From NCBI RefSeq assembly GCF_009914755.1, contig NC_060928.1: 64,000 bases of DNA. One strand, 5' to 3'. The stretch comes from the human T2T-CHM13v2.0 reference genome, Homo sapiens. The translations under genes and the position numbers were made by a program. The notes beneath the pieces were generated by a model, which saw only the letters and a program-made list of their open reading frames with translations, had not been told where the DNA came from and did no database searches. The first letter of the stretch is position 1. Each line of letters opens with the position of its first letter. Of this stretch, positions 40,216 to 54,500 are shown piece by piece.

Positions 40216-42552
40216 TTAATCACTATGAAGAGGGAACTGTATATATGAGAGAGACTTTGCAGACACCTTAAATTTGAACTGCAGAATTGTGAATTTTTCT
40301 TAAGAAATACATAATGCTGCGTATCTTTTTTATTTCTTCTTACTATCTAACCAAATAGTTACTGCAATGTTTTAATGTGTATGAAAGTCAAAGTCTACTC
40401 ATAAATATCATTATATAATTAAAGATTTTATTTAAGGACACAGGAACAAAGAATACTCTATGACATGACATGTAAAGAAATGGTCAACTAAAGAAAGTGC
40501 TATTTGATTATTTTTGTAATCAAATGGATAAAGGTAATAAAGTCACTTTTTCTTTAGTGTATTCTCTACTTCAATTAAAAAATAGCCATAGCAGTTTCTC
40601 CCAACATATTTAAATCATAAGACTTTTAAAAATATGTTCTACTTAATAATTACACATTAAGATTAAAAATTTTAATGCTTCCATAAGAAATGTTTCTATT
40701 ATAAGTAATATCAAATATGTAAATTGCTGGAAAATATAGCTAAAACACAAAGCTGCAAAAGGCTTATCTCCTAATATAGAGTTATAACTAGACATTCAAT
40801 TATACATACACTAAAATATTTTATGATCATTTTGGAAATGAGAAAGTAATTATTTTTAATTGTATTCTGAGATGTCTTTGCAAATTATAATATCTACATT
40901 AGATACTAAAATTAATATTCGTTCCAAACCATCTGGCAAATTACAAATTCAAAGACTTTTTCTTGTCTAGCCATATACCTGATTGGAAGATTATTAGATA
41001 CATATTTACTTTATATAAAACTAGAAAATAATACTCACGACTTACAGGGATATAACTACTGCCTCCCAATAAAATGTTAACTCGGAAACAAGGATTTGCA
41101 GTTTAGGAGTTCTAAAGAACATAAAAATTTATATGTATTCATTTGCTGAATAATACCAAGCAGTAAACAATTTGTCATAACTTCAAACTCAACATAATTA
41201 GTTACTCAATGTGTTAAGTTCTGAACATTGTATGAGTAGAAAATAAATTTGAAAATTGCCACTAGGAAATTTGGAACATCAACTGATCTTTTAGTTGCCA
41301 TAGATTTCTAGTAATAGTGGTAAGTCATGAAATCTGGCGTATTCTAACCAGTTAGAGTTTTATGGGTTGATACCCAGATGAAAATAATAGTAGGGACTCT
41401 TGAATATTAAAAGCGCTTTATTGCTAATACTCGAAGAACAGAGAAATTCATAGGTAATTTGTCGTTTGGGGAGTAATCATATAATTTTAGTCCACACAGG
41501 AATACTTTTGAGAGGGAAAAGGATTATTATTAATTCTTGTGATGGAAAACAGGCAGTCTGTATAGTCCAGGGTCAAATAGAATATAACGTCTTACTTTCT
41601 ACTGGAGGAGTGCTCAACAAGACACCTCATGAATCACTGTTCTCTGTATCTTCAAGAATTACCTTATGTAGTCATCCATAGAGATTACAGTTTGATCCCA
41701 TCTTTAAAAATTTTTTCCTGAGCCACTTTCAGGATGAAATGAGATTAATGTTACTGTTAATATAGCATTTAGACAAAAGGATGCTTATTATTGAGTATTG
41801 CCATTTAGTTGTGAGTCATTAAAGTATTTTTTTCCGAGTGTTATTATGACTTCTTCAGTTAATTTGCTCTCTGTTTCTGGTTTCTAGCTAATTCTCTCTT
41901 CTAGTACTTTTTCTGCAATAATTATTGTGGCCATTTTACAAGAAACATAAATGCATTTTATCTAATACAAAACTGATGGGAAAAACAAATTCTTCTGTGG
42001 ATTGCCCTTTTTGTTATGCTCTTTGTCTAATTAATTATAATAAATTCTATTTTGGAGAGATAACAAATTAGCAGCTCTCCTGAAGAAATCACTTCTCATA
42101 AAATGAATGAATTGGATTTCCCCGTATATTCTTTATTTGATGGCATAACATATTTATTTGAGTTAAAGTCAGCCTTTTAAACAGTTTATTTAACTCGTTT
42201 GACTGACTATACAAATGCATATACATATAAGTTTTCTGTAGGGAAAAGCCTAACACACAGAAGTGTGTAACTGTACAGCTTAATAAATTGTGAAAAGTGA
42301 ACCATTACACAGATGAACGAAGAGTTGTACGTTGTACCAGATCCCCCAAATCCAGCTCATACTCATTCCCTATCAGTATCACTACTCTCCAATGGAAATT
42401 ACTATTTTGACTTCTAAACAGATACATAAAACATCACCTTAAAATTTATTTTTATGTAAATTAAATTGTACCGTATATTTCCTTCAGCTTTTTTTTTTTA
42501 ATTAAACTAAACATTATATCTTGGTAATTCATATGTGCAATATAGTTTGTTT

Positions 42553-43003
42553 TGTAATTAAGCTGTCTTGACCCTGATTTGAACCCCTGGCTAGAGAGCA
42601 GCCCTTTCCCCTTCTTGAGCCCTTGATGAAGTCCACACTCTAACTGCTTCCTGTATTAGATTCTCTAACTCTGGGAATGCATGCACTGTAATCATCCCAG
42701 GGCCAGGTTGCAGACAACTAAGGACAAACCAAAGCCCCAGAGCCCACTGAAATTATTTCTATTAGATAATCCACAGGGACCCCACCAAACCCAGCTAGCC
42801 CTAGCCATTTGAGGTACATGAGCTGTTCCTACAGCTCAGCTCCAGTTTACTGTCACTCTGACCCCCAGTGCAACCTCTGAGAGGCTCTGCCCTGTAGCCT
42901 TCTCAAATTCAGAGTTGTAATTAACAAAAGATCTGCCTTTCATCTATCCCAGTGTTACTGTGTTACATCTTACCATCAAAATAATCTTAGGTCTTATAAA
43001 ACA
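42553..43003 (+). mobile_element. ERVL-class solo LTR, MER73/MER54/MER74 group
   Basis: CCCAGGGCCAGG..CAGACAACTAAGGAC, CCCCAGAGCCCACTGAAATTATT, end TCTTATAAAACA; TG...CA termini. Confidence 0.7.
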
Positions 43004-44482
43004 CTCTGGTTACATGTAGATAAAGTTTAATCTTTCTCATGCAGTATTGTATTTTAAGAATTTGCTAAAATTTAGTTATAATAGTGATGCATGATTTCGT
43101 TGTTTTTATTTGGGGCAACTAAAAATAATTCTACTAAGCACATTATTATACATAAAATTTTGGTACATATGTGCATATTTGTGATATAGACCAGGCAATA
43201 AGGTTGCTATACTGTATCACCTTGAGTAGTAAACTTGCTACACATTTTCCCAAGTGAGTTTTTAAACAATTGTCACTCACATAAGCTGATGATAGCTGTT
43301 ATTGCTTCATGTTACTTTGTATTCATAATTTCCTCAATTCTCAGGGGACCAGGTATTAGTGTCTCACACTGGTTTTAATTTACAATTCTCTGATAACTAA
43401 TGCAATGTGCCCCTTTTCATGTCTTCATATATTACATATCATTTATGAAGTGCTATTTCAAGTCTGTCAACCACTTTTCTATTGAAATTTTTGTCTTCTT
43501 CTTATTTTCTTGTAGTTATTTTTGTGTAAACATGTAGCCCTTTCTTGAGTATAAGTATTACAATTATGGACTCACTCTCCATGGCTTACCCTTCCCTTTT
43601 CATTCTTGCATTAATATTTACAAATGAACAAAAATTCTTCATTTTAATGTAGGTCAATTTATCATTTTTTGTTTATAGCTTGCCTTTAGAGTTTTGTTTT
43701 AAAGAAATATTTTATTTCGTTAAAGTCATAAAAATATTCTCACATGTTATCTTCTAGAACCTTTATAATTTTAATTTTCACATTCAGGTCTTCGGACTTG
43801 AACACAAAACAATATGAAATTAGTTTGTGTTTATTATACCATAAAAAATAGAAAGTGTAATTTGTTTTCTGTTTTCACGCTCGTGGAAACTCAAAAGACT
43901 CAGCAACATTATTGAAAATATCTTCTTTTCTCTTCGATGTAATAATATGATTGTTATAAAACAAATATGCTTGTGTAAATTATTTTTATTTTGGAACTTC
44001 TTATGATCTAGTTGTTTATGTCAATATAATATTTTAATAACAATAATTTATAATATGTCTTGAGCTCTAGTAACATAAGCACATCAATGTTTTGTTTTAC
44101 ATTCCTCTTTTTGTCTTTGGTTGTTTCTATTTAAAAATAATAGACTTATCAATTTATGCAACCATATTATTGATATTTTTATTGAATTCTTTTCAATTAA
44201 TAGATCAATTTGGAAAGACTTGATGCCTTTACAACATTGAATATTAAAATAAATTACTGATATTCAACATTTTATGATGCATTAAAATATTTTATATAAT
44301 TCAACTTAATACTTTAATTTGTTTGGAATAAAATAATTTAATTTATCACACTGATGGTCTGTGGACTTCTGCATAGACAACTCACATATTTTGCTAAGTT
44401 TTTCTGGGATAGTTGATGTTTTATGATTTTAAGGTCATATCTATTTTTAAGTTTGAATTTGTTACTGATATGTATACATGTA

Positions 44483-44822
44483 CAGGTGGTCCCCAACTTA
44501 TGAAAGTTTGACTTACAATTTTTCAACTTTATAATGCTACAGAAGCAATACATAGTCAACACTGTACTTTGAGTACCCATATAACCATTCTGTTTTTCAC
44601 TTTCAGTAGAGTATTCAATAAATTACATGAGATATGCAACATTATATTATAAAACAGGCTTTGTTCCAACATAGGCTAACGTAAGTGTTCTGAGCCTGAT
44701 TAAGGGAGGACAGTCTAATCTTCTGCAGGTTAGGTGTATTTAATGCATTTTTAACTTAAGACTTTTTTACTTAACAATTGCTTTTTCAGGACGAAATGCC
44801 ATCATAATTTCAGGAGCATCTG
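44483..44822 (-). mobile_element. MER47A (TcMar-Tigger MITE)
   Basis: TA|CAGGTGGTCCCCAACTTA...GAGCATCTG|TA: terminal inverted repeats, TA TSD and internal match to recalled MER47A. Confidence 0.88.
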
Positions 44823-46474
44823 TAATTGAATTGTCTGTGTTGGTCTTGTATCCTGCAATGTGCTCATTTTCCTTTTGAAATATTTTAATTACCCATAGAG
44901 GCACTGAGATTTTCTACATGTAAGAAAATGCAGTCTGGAAATAATGACAGTTTTAATTCTTCCTGCCAATCAGCATATACTTTTTCCTTGCCTTTTTACA
45001 CTATCTATGACCTCCAGGTCAAAATTGAATAGAAATGTTGACACTGGCCATCCTAGTCCACTGGAAAAGCTTTTACAATTTTTGACATGAATATGTTTTT
45101 TAGTGTAAGATTTTCGGTAGGTATCCTTTATCAAATGGATGTTGAATGTTATAAATTAATTTTCTTTATAAAGCAAATTGAACATTACTGTTTACCTTGT
45201 TCTTCTAATTTGCTGAATTAAATTATTTTAAATAAAATACAACACGCATTTCTGGAATAAACTCAAGTTGGTTACAATGCATTATTCTTTTCTACATTAC
45301 TAGATTATTGTTAGATTGTTTTGATACTCTTTTATGAGAATTTCCATTGAGATTTGTGATGTTACATTATATTTTGTGCTGTCACATTATATTTTGTGCT
45401 GTCTGCCATATTTTAGAATCTATATTATACTGGCCTCATAAAACATTTTCAGAAATATTTTCTTTATTTTTCTGGATAAGTAGATAAGAATACTGTTTTT
45501 TTCCTTGCTTAACTTTTTAAGGAAAGACAATAACTCCACTGGTACCCTATAGACTTCAATTTCAACTTCTTTTTAAGTTATAGGATACTACCTACATATC
45601 ACATTTTCTGTATGTTCTTGTGACACTTGTGACAGATCATGTTTATCCAAGATTTGATAAATATGTTGTTTATCAAGTGTGAAGTTTGTCAGCAGATATA
45701 TTGTACTGTATTCTTTTTAATATATGAAAAATTTCCCCTTTTACTCATGATGTTAATTATCTGTTCTTTCTTTTTATATATAGTACATTCATTGTGTCTT
45801 TAATCAATTTTATTAGTTTTCAAAAAGTTAAATTTTATAAATTTATACATTATATTGCATAAGTTTTCTATTTTACCAATTTCTGCTCTTAGCTTTGTCT
45901 TAGTGCATTTTCTCACACAGTAAATTAAGCATCCTAGTAGAAATCGCCTCTTAAATATTTTTTTCTTTCTCATCTCTGTCCAGAATTTGTGATTTGTCTT
46001 CTTAATTTTATTATGCACACTGTTTTCAAACTGTACTTGTAATAAAAATTCAATCATGCATGTATTACTCTATTCAAATCATTTGATTGCTATTTATTGT
46101 CTATTGAATTTTTTTAGCATGGCACACTAGACCTTGAACTATGCCTTAATCATCTAACATATTTTTTACATCATTAGCCTTGTCTAACTACTTAACATTA
46201 GTAACTTACAGTAGTTACTTATCATTATTTTAAATGTTTTCTTGCTTTTAACATATCTGAAAAACCACTTTCTTTCTACTTGGGATAATACAAACATTTC
46301 CTATTGCTTTTGAGTCCTGGCCTTCCCTGACTTATTGAGACTGAATGTTGTACCCAACACCAGGCTTTTGTAGAACCCTATAGATAAATATAATCAGAGT
46401 ACTAATACACTGTGCTTTAATTTTTGATTTTCTTGTCTGAATTTCCCAGTAGAGACTGATTGTACTTACCTCTC

Positions 46475-46829
46475 TGCCATGATTTGAATGTGTCCCCTCC
46501 TGAATTCAAGTGTTGCCAATGTGATAGTATTAGGAGGTGGTGTTTTTGAGAGGTTATTAGGCAATGTGGACTCCTCCTTTCCTAAACTGGATAAAGGTCC
46601 TAAAAAAAGAAGCTTCCCGCAGCATTCTGGAAGCTTGCTCTCTCCCTCTTCTGCCTTTGGCCAAGTGAGGACACAGCATTTCTCCCATTTGGAGGATAGG
46701 ACACCAAACCTGCCCATGGCTTAATCCTGAATTTCCCAGCCTCTAGAACTGTGAAAAAATAAATGTATGTTCTTTATAAGTTTCCTAGTCTCAGATATTT
46801 TGTTGTAGCAGCACAAATGGACTAAGACA
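46475..46829 (+). mobile_element. MaLR solo LTR, MSTB/MSTC-type
   Basis: TGCCATGATTTGAATGTGTCCCC...CAGCCTCTAGAACTGTGAAAAAATAAATG...GGACTAAGACA. Confidence 0.85.
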
Positions 46830-47641
46830 TTATTCTTATCTCTTAAAATAATCAGGGAGATAGGTCAGGCTCCTCAAATATTTTTTTAGGTGAATGAATT
46901 AATAAATAAATACATTTTTAGAATTTGAATACATAAAAATACTGCCATTATATTTTGTTATATTGTTTTCCAGAATTCATTACAATATTATTTTTGTTAT
47001 TTTATGATACTTGCTCAATTCATACTTAATATAATTTTAAAAGGGGGTGAAAATTTCCAATTTTTTAAAATACTTTTTTGGAGATTAAATTTTAAATTGG
47101 CCATTTCCTGAAGATATACAAAAATATGTTTTTACTCTTGGAGTGAACAATCCTCAAACTATAATCTATGTGTGTTTATTTTATTTTTGTGAAAGATTTA
47201 TCTTTTTGGTGGAGTCCAACTTTACAGTGATTTTAGAATTATCTCACTTTTTAAACTCTTATTTTTACTGTATATACTCACAAGAGGGGCTTGAGGCCAG
47301 TCAAGCTTTCAGAAAAAAGATGCATCCCTAACTATTATAGACAGTATGATAGATAATGAATTATATTATTACTTATTTATTATTTTATCCAAAAGGCTCA
47401 GTTCACTAAAGACTGTCTTAGAATTAATTGATAAAATTAATTTGTTAAATGTAAAACTAGAATACGTGTTATAGAAAACCAAGAAACTGTAAATTCTAAG
47501 AAATATCAAAGATTGTTAATAATTTCAATCACTTACAAGTTAAATACTAATGACTGTTCAATAATACAACAAAATATTAAATGAGCTAAATTTGCTTAGT
47601 TTAGACATTTATTTTCCCCTAATGGTTTTTCTGGTATAAGG

Positions 47642-47902
47642 GTGTGTGTGTGTGCCTGTGTGTGTGTGTGTGTTTGTGTGTGTATAATGTATGTGTGTGT
47701 ATAGATGTATATACAGACATATATACACGTATATATACACGTATACATGTACACTTGTATATACACGTGTATATAAACGTGTATATATATGTATATGTGT
47801 GTGTCACATTTATATACATGACACGTATATATACGTGTATATATACGTATGTGTGTGTGTGTATATATACGTGACACACACACACACATATACATATATA
47901 TA
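47642..47902. repeat. (TG)/(TA)/(CA) compound microsatellite
   Basis: About 260 bp of nearly continuous purine-pyrimidine alternation. Confidence 0.92.
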
Positions 47903-48979
47903 TTGCTCTAAGAACCTAAACTATCTTCATTTTACTGACTTACTGTCCCTAATATTTCAGATAAACACATCCAGGAATAAACATCAGCCTCTTTTTTTAA
48001 CTGAAACTATAATTATATTATGTCATCTTTTTTAGCAAAAAGCTTCTGTTTAAGTGCACTGTCTGATTATCTGTGTTGCATTATAGATTAAATATTATGT
48101 CCCATCACAAGAGAAACAATAATTCATTCAACCTGTTTTTACGTTTTCCATTATATTAAGTATGTGCATTTTCCATTCTCACTGTCCATTTCATTTTTAT
48201 TCCAATATAATGATATTGAATAATCAATAGTAGTCAGGATTTAAATCAAAAGCTGTATTTTAATAAGTATATAATACATTGACCATTTTAATTTTGAATC
48301 CAGCTCCATCTCTAATCTTTTTTACAAAATGAAAAGAGCAGGAAGAAGTAAAGAAACCAGATTATCATTTAACTGTTAAAAACACAAATAGGTTTAAAAA
48401 GTACAGAAACACCAAAGTTAAAAATATTTAAATCAGAATATACATTTCTTCTTGCATATAAATGTTCTACTGCAATGAATTTGCTTTGGAAATTTTTCTT
48501 CCCTTGCCTCAATATAACTTACATGTAGTCATAAATTATTATCTTCCTTTTCCAATCCTTTATGGAAGAAAATGTTCGATGCCTCTTCTCTCAGATCATA
48601 TAATTTCATTTTGTCCTCGGTTATTCACAAAATCTCAAAAATTGAAGTCAAGTTTATCTCTTTTCCTTATGGATAAATAAGGCCTTACTGATATCATATT
48701 TGGTTTTGGATTACTGCAAAGATGGCTACATAGGAATAGTAAAGAATACATTAAACTAAAAATTATAATTGGAACAATTTTGTAGCAATTATTTCAACAG
48801 TTATCTACTCACATGTAGATATAATATGAATGTTCTATGTAAATCTCACCATAGCCAACATTAGTTTAATAATTCCAAGTCTTATGATATTGTTAAATAA
48901 AAGTTTTTAAAGACTTTACTTGCATTTACTAACGTTTTAAATTCTTTGTAACTTACTAATTTATACTTTGATGTTATTA

Positions 48980-49130
48980 GCAGAGTGTAGTAAAAAGGTT
49001 TTGCACTTGAGTTTAGAACTTCAAGAGCCTGATACTATTTCAAGCTCATGCCCTACTAAGAATTTGATTTGAGGCAAGTCACTTAAATTTTAAAATCACA
49101 ATTTCTTCAGCCATAAAAGAAAGTTGAGAT
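48980..49130 (+). mobile_element. MIR fragment
   Basis: TTTGAGGCAAGTCACTTAA...CAATTTCTTCAGCCATAAAA. Confidence 0.45.
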
Positions 49131-49209
49131 ATGGATTTTTTTGTTAATTCTCTGAACAATTTTATGAACTATAGAATCCTCTGGTATCAGAGGATTGATG
49201 TTGAATAGT

Positions 49210-49935
49210 CCTATTAACACTAATAAGACAATTGGGTATATTACAGTTAAACTCAATTTTGACACTAACTGTACAGAGCTACTGCAGACCCTACCAAGTT
49301 AAGAGTAAAGTTCTTCATAAGACTGCCATTACTTCAAACACCAGTCACAAGTCTTGGAGATCATCTGTACTACTGACTGACCAACCATAAATTTGGAGCT
49401 TATCACAATCTGCTTAGGTTTGGCAATTTGATAGAATGACTTGTGGAATCTGACAAAAGCACATACTTATAACTGTAGTTTTATTATAAAGGATACATAC
49501 TAGGAACACCACATGAAGAGACATATGGGGAAGGCTTTCAGAAGGTGGAAGTGGAGCTTCTATGTCCTAGCCTCATAAAATCCAGGTAAGTCATCACCCA
49601 GCACATCAGTGTGTTTGCCAACCAGAAGGGTCTACTGAGCCTCAGTGTTCAGAGTTTTTATGAAATTTTCACTAGATAGGTATGCTTAACATAATTATTG
49701 ACCACATGATTGAACCAAAGCTTCAGCCCTGAAGGTTGGGATGGTCCAAAGTTCCAACCATGTAATAACATGATTGGTCTTTCTTGTGTTCATCCCTGAT
49801 GAGGAAGGTATCGAAGAGTTCATCTTAAGGTACCTAATTAACATAATAAAGACATTTTTATCACCCAGGTATTACAAGTATTTTGAAAACTTACCAGGAA
49901 CTAGGAACAATTGTAAGGATATACATTTTTACAAT
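49210..49935 (-). mobile_element. MER21-type LTR
   Basis: CAATTTTGACACTAACT, AAGACTGCC..ACTTCAAACACCAGTCACAAGTC, GTTTTATTATAAAGGATAC and AAAGTTCCAACC..TAATAACATG, typical of antisense MER21. Confidence 0.75.
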
Positions 49936-49979
49936 AGGTTCCTATAAAACTTGATATCCATAAACTTTGTAAATATATT

Positions 49980-50600
49980 TCTAACTATATAACTATAGGC
50001 CTATAAAAGGCTATTCAAACTTTTTTCTCTTTGGGTTAATTTAGGTAATAAATTTGTTTGAGAACTTGTGTTTATTTCATGTTTGTTTATATTGTTCTCA
50101 AACAGTTGAAAATTTAATCATCGAACTTACTTTTAAAACTGTACTGACTCTATAGCTATGCCCCTGTTTCAATTCTACTATTACTTATAGGTCCTCCTCT
50201 CTTTTTAATGTACTTTGGGTGAAAAATGTATTATATTATACTTTTTAGAGAATGATGTTTCACTTCATTTGATGCTCTCTTTATTGTCAATTTCATAATT
50301 TTCTGGCTCATTTTTACCCACACTTCTAAAATACGTTGAAATGATATTTCTTTCTTTTCTAACTTCTTATATTAAACACAGGTCTTTGATTTCTAGCTTT
50401 TCTCTAATATCTGTAAATGTGTTTACATTTTCAATAAACTTTTGCATTTGAATTATTATTGGGTTTTGATATGTATCATTTTAAATAGTGGTCAGTTACA
50501 ATTCTTTAAAAATTTCCAAAACAATTTCTTATTTGACACCCTCATTATTTAAAAACATGACTTTAAGCATCTAAACAGGGAAGCTTTTTTTTTATTTTTG
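49980..50600 (-). mobile_element. Old L1 fragment
   Basis: T-rich degenerate antisense L1-like sequence. Confidence 0.4.
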
Positions 50601-50618
50601 AATATACATATGTAGACA

Positions 50619-53600
50619 CAATTGACAATGAAATCTGTAACCTCTGTAGCACACAATAATTTAATATAGCAATTATAATTATTACTGATAACATATACTA
50701 GGTTATATCAGAATTATAGGAGTTTTACATAATTTTGGGACATATACCAGCACGTTTACACAAATATAGCCCAAAGAAAGCCAAACATCATTTCATATTT
50801 GATAATGCTTCTTACATAATTTTTACACCAAAAAACCAAACACATCATTTTTGGACTTCAAGGGACCTAATGTCTAAAGGATCAGTTAGGTCAGAAAATG
50901 ACATACTTTATAATTTGATTTTGGAAAGTTTGTCAAATATCAAAGGCTTAAAACACTGGATATCACCAAATAGAATCACAGGTTATTCATTTATCCAAAG
51001 TGGTAACTCAAAATTTTTAAAGGTAAAAATATTTACTCTGAAGAGAATTAGCTTTCCAAATAAGACTCAATGAGGTTAGCATGAGGCCAACTGAATACAT
51101 CTCTTTTCTCTCCTCCTTTTTTTCCCCTGCTGTTTACCAAAAGGGCAAACAAAACCTTTTCATTATCTTTTAATATTACATACAAACCTTTTTTAAAAGA
51201 GAAAACCAAATTTCATGTTTGCATTGCTGCATCTTTAATGCTTAAGCTAGTTTTCAAATTATATTTTATAAATCTATCCAGTTTTAGTCAGTTTGACCAT
51301 GAGGTAAGATTTTCATAAACTTAAAACCTTTTACAATTTTTTTTTTAAACAGCAGATGAATTTTCTAAGAAAACCCTGTTGTTTGAACATGTGGGCCCAG
51401 ATTCTGGCCCTGCATTAGTGTGCTTTCATTTTAAGATTCAATCTAAGGAAAATGATTAAATAATCCCCTTCAAATCTTAGCCAACTTGCTTATGCCCACA
51501 GAACTTTCTTTACAAGACTAACCCTTCACAAATCCTTTTCATCTTGCTGAAACCTTCAGTTTTGTCCCATTCTTTTTTCAGGTTAAGACAATCTTTAAAA
51601 CCCTCTGTACTAGACAATATTGCACTCCCTTTAACAAAAGCCATATTTCCATGCTTTCTTATAATCTGTGATCAAAAATGCATTCTACTTTCCATACAAA
51701 CATTGTATGTAAAACTATTTATCCAGTAGTCTCAATTATATGTTACAATGTACCTCAACAACTTTTATTTTTGTTAAAAAACCTGATAAGTAAGCAATTT
51801 TAATTATGTATTAGGTGTGGAGCCTAGGACATAAGACAGAAGTGAAGATAAGATCTGCTCCTTGCAGCATAGCTAGGTGGGGGATGGCTAACTCCACAAG
51901 TTATCAGGGCTTATCTAGAATACAATGTCCCAAAGTAGGTAAATTGAACCATTTTCAAAAGTCAAGAAATGAGATTATGACTTTAAAGCATTTAGAAAAT
52001 CGGATATCTCACCTTAATTTAGACCAAATGTCTACATTTTGAAAACATTTTATTTTATTAATACTCTTTAAAACTGTCTTTATTTCCAAAAGTTTACTAC
52101 AGTCATATGGACACAATGGCACTAAAGTTTCTATTTTTCTGACAAAATATTTGATTTAAGCACTTATTTTTCTAAGCCAATTAATCAGAGCTCTTTTTAT
52201 ACAAACATCCCACACACAGCACATATAAATACACAGACAAATGGAAGATCCAGCACTTATAAGATTTTTCATTTGGCAGTCTTTTAATTAAATTACTGCT
52301 TCAGGATGGAGCCCTTGGAGGAACAGGACCAGGAAAGCATGGAGTTTGTAGGGCCTAATAAGTAGGCACAGCTGGAAGGCAAAGACAGATCCTCAAAATT
52401 AAGGGTGACATTTTATACTGGGTCCTGGATCCCCCCTAAAAGAGGGAAATACTACAGGAGTAGATAGTGCAGTGCTTCTACTGTGCATCTTGTTGCAAGG
52501 CTACCCAAAGCCAATCAGCCCATTTTGTAATCAAGACTATCCCCCAGAGAACTCTCATCTCTCAGTGGAGGTTGGGGATGTTTTCATATCTTCCAGGTGG
52601 CCAGGAGCATGATTCTCTAATAGAAACATCAAAGAACTGAGTATCCCCTCATAACTACCACTAAACATCCCAAGAAGTATATTCCCTAGTTAGTTATTAC
52701 ACGGCAAGTTTCTCTCATAAGATGAAGTAATTTCTGATACCCAGAAAAGTCAAAAATGTCAGGAAACAGAATGAAAAACAGAACAGAGCCTTACAATTTG
52801 AGAAGAATCTATTATCTTTCAATTCCTAGGCTTCTGTGAGGAAAACAGAGTTTTCCCATAATGGGGTTTGAGGTGCCTCCTCTGCTTTTCCCCAGGAGTC
52901 CCAGGATGTTAAAATTTATCTTAAGTTCTCTCATGTGGGCATCAAGAGTGGCAAGAAGACACAATGGAGAAGAGCAATTCAGTCTACTGAGAAGGAAAAA
53001 AAAGCTTTTTTAAGAAAAACAAAATTCTGCAAAAGGAAAAAGATAAAGCCCTCTGAAATACATTTAGCTTGATTATCCATTTTTTAACTGAGCTGATTTT
53101 AACCATAGAGCTCTTTTTTTCTTAAAAAAAACATTTTAAATATCTTATTACAGACTCTAGTCAGGGCAGCCAATATTTCTGGCTTTTGAATTCTACCACA
53201 GGTAATTTCCCGCATTAACTTAATAAGTTTTAACTAGGGTTATAACTTAATCATTGACACATAATGTGTCTCAAAGAGATGGTAAGCAGTTTCTTTATCT
53301 TTATTTATTTATTTTTAACAAGATTTAGAATCTCCCCAAGGGTAGTTTAGAGAAAGGAAAATCCAAGACAGGAAATCAGAAGCTATCCATGGGGAGAAAA
53401 ATGAAAAAAAAAAAAAAACCTTAATAAATGGCAAAGTTACACAAATAACAAAGCAGAAAGGAATCAGTCTGGAAGCCAAGAATTGAACCCCAGCCATCAT
53501 GTCAAAAGACAAAGCCTTAGCTTCTGAGCTATACAGCACTGAGCAGTTTCAATTGCTCTTCCCAGAAGAAGTCTAGAGCAGCCAATTTCAAGCTTGCAAA

Positions 53601-54465
53601 GGCTCTTAACTGCTCAAGATAATTTTTAATGCTAACTATGACATGAACCTCCAAATTCTTGTCCTCTGGATGGTGGAAACCAACAGAAAGTATCCCCACG
53701 TGGTCACAAGATTAAGCTCTTAAGAACACAAAACAAGACAGACTTTAACTCAAATAAATAGAAGTTTCAGGGACCAGTAGCAAAGTTTGTAACTGACTAG
53801 CCTGATGGTCTGGCTTGAAAAGTAGAATTATAGGGATCCAAAACCCACGTTCTATCCTGTGACACCCCTCTCTCCATTACAGAACAACACAGAAAGACAA
53901 ATTCTTAGTACAAAGTACATCAGATTTGCTACAGCCTAAGACTAATCTCACAAATCTTTTTACATTAATCAAACCCTTGCAGAGAAGACAAATAGAGACA
54001 TTTAGCATTCACACAAACATACACAGAGAGAGAGAGAGAGAGAGAGATCGGAAACTTGACTGGTAAGAATTTCTTACCCTTTCGGCTGGCATGCCAGGTT
54101 TCTGAGTTCCCTTTCTCTGCAGCTTCCAGGAGAATGGAGTGGCTTTGATGACCCTGATCACTGTGCCATAGCTGAGGAGTTCAAACCACTTTACAAAAGA
54201 AAAATCAACCTTTTCTGTTTTATGGAACCATAGGCAAAAGATTTTCAATTTTGCAAGATGTTGCCCAATGGGCTTCATTGGAAACCAGATTAACATTTTC
54301 CATCTCAGCAAAATATACATAATAAAACAGACACTAGTCACCTTGTTCAGCACCTAATATCAAGCTGGCATAGCTCAAACTTTCTCTGGTTGGTCCCTGT
54401 TTTCCTTGATCCACTCCAGGTGGGGAAAAATGACCACCGGACTGTAATTCACAATTGCGGTGGGG

Positions 54466-54500
<35 letters not shown>

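Larger units (their letters stand above)
42175..46300 (-). mobile_element. Fragmented old L1 (L1ME/MC-type) hosting later insertions
   Basis: Antisense 3'UTR at 42180-42550 and T-rich antisense ORF2 remnants (e.g. GGTTTTAATTTACAATTCTCTGATAACTAATG, TTGAATAGAAATGTTGACACTGGCCATCCT). Confidence 0.7.

Noticed and set aside
39226-40240. Novel MITE with 33-bp TIRs
   Set aside because: No TSD outside the arms (GCATC vs ATATA), and a third internal arm copy fits fold-back copying better; kept only as an inverted-repeat finding.
45361-45403. Short tandem duplications (20 bp here; also ~12156-12187, ~22352-22390, ~35770-35812, 38515-38540)
   Set aside because: Ordinary slippage micro-duplications; two or three adjacent units without spacers, so not CRISPR-like.
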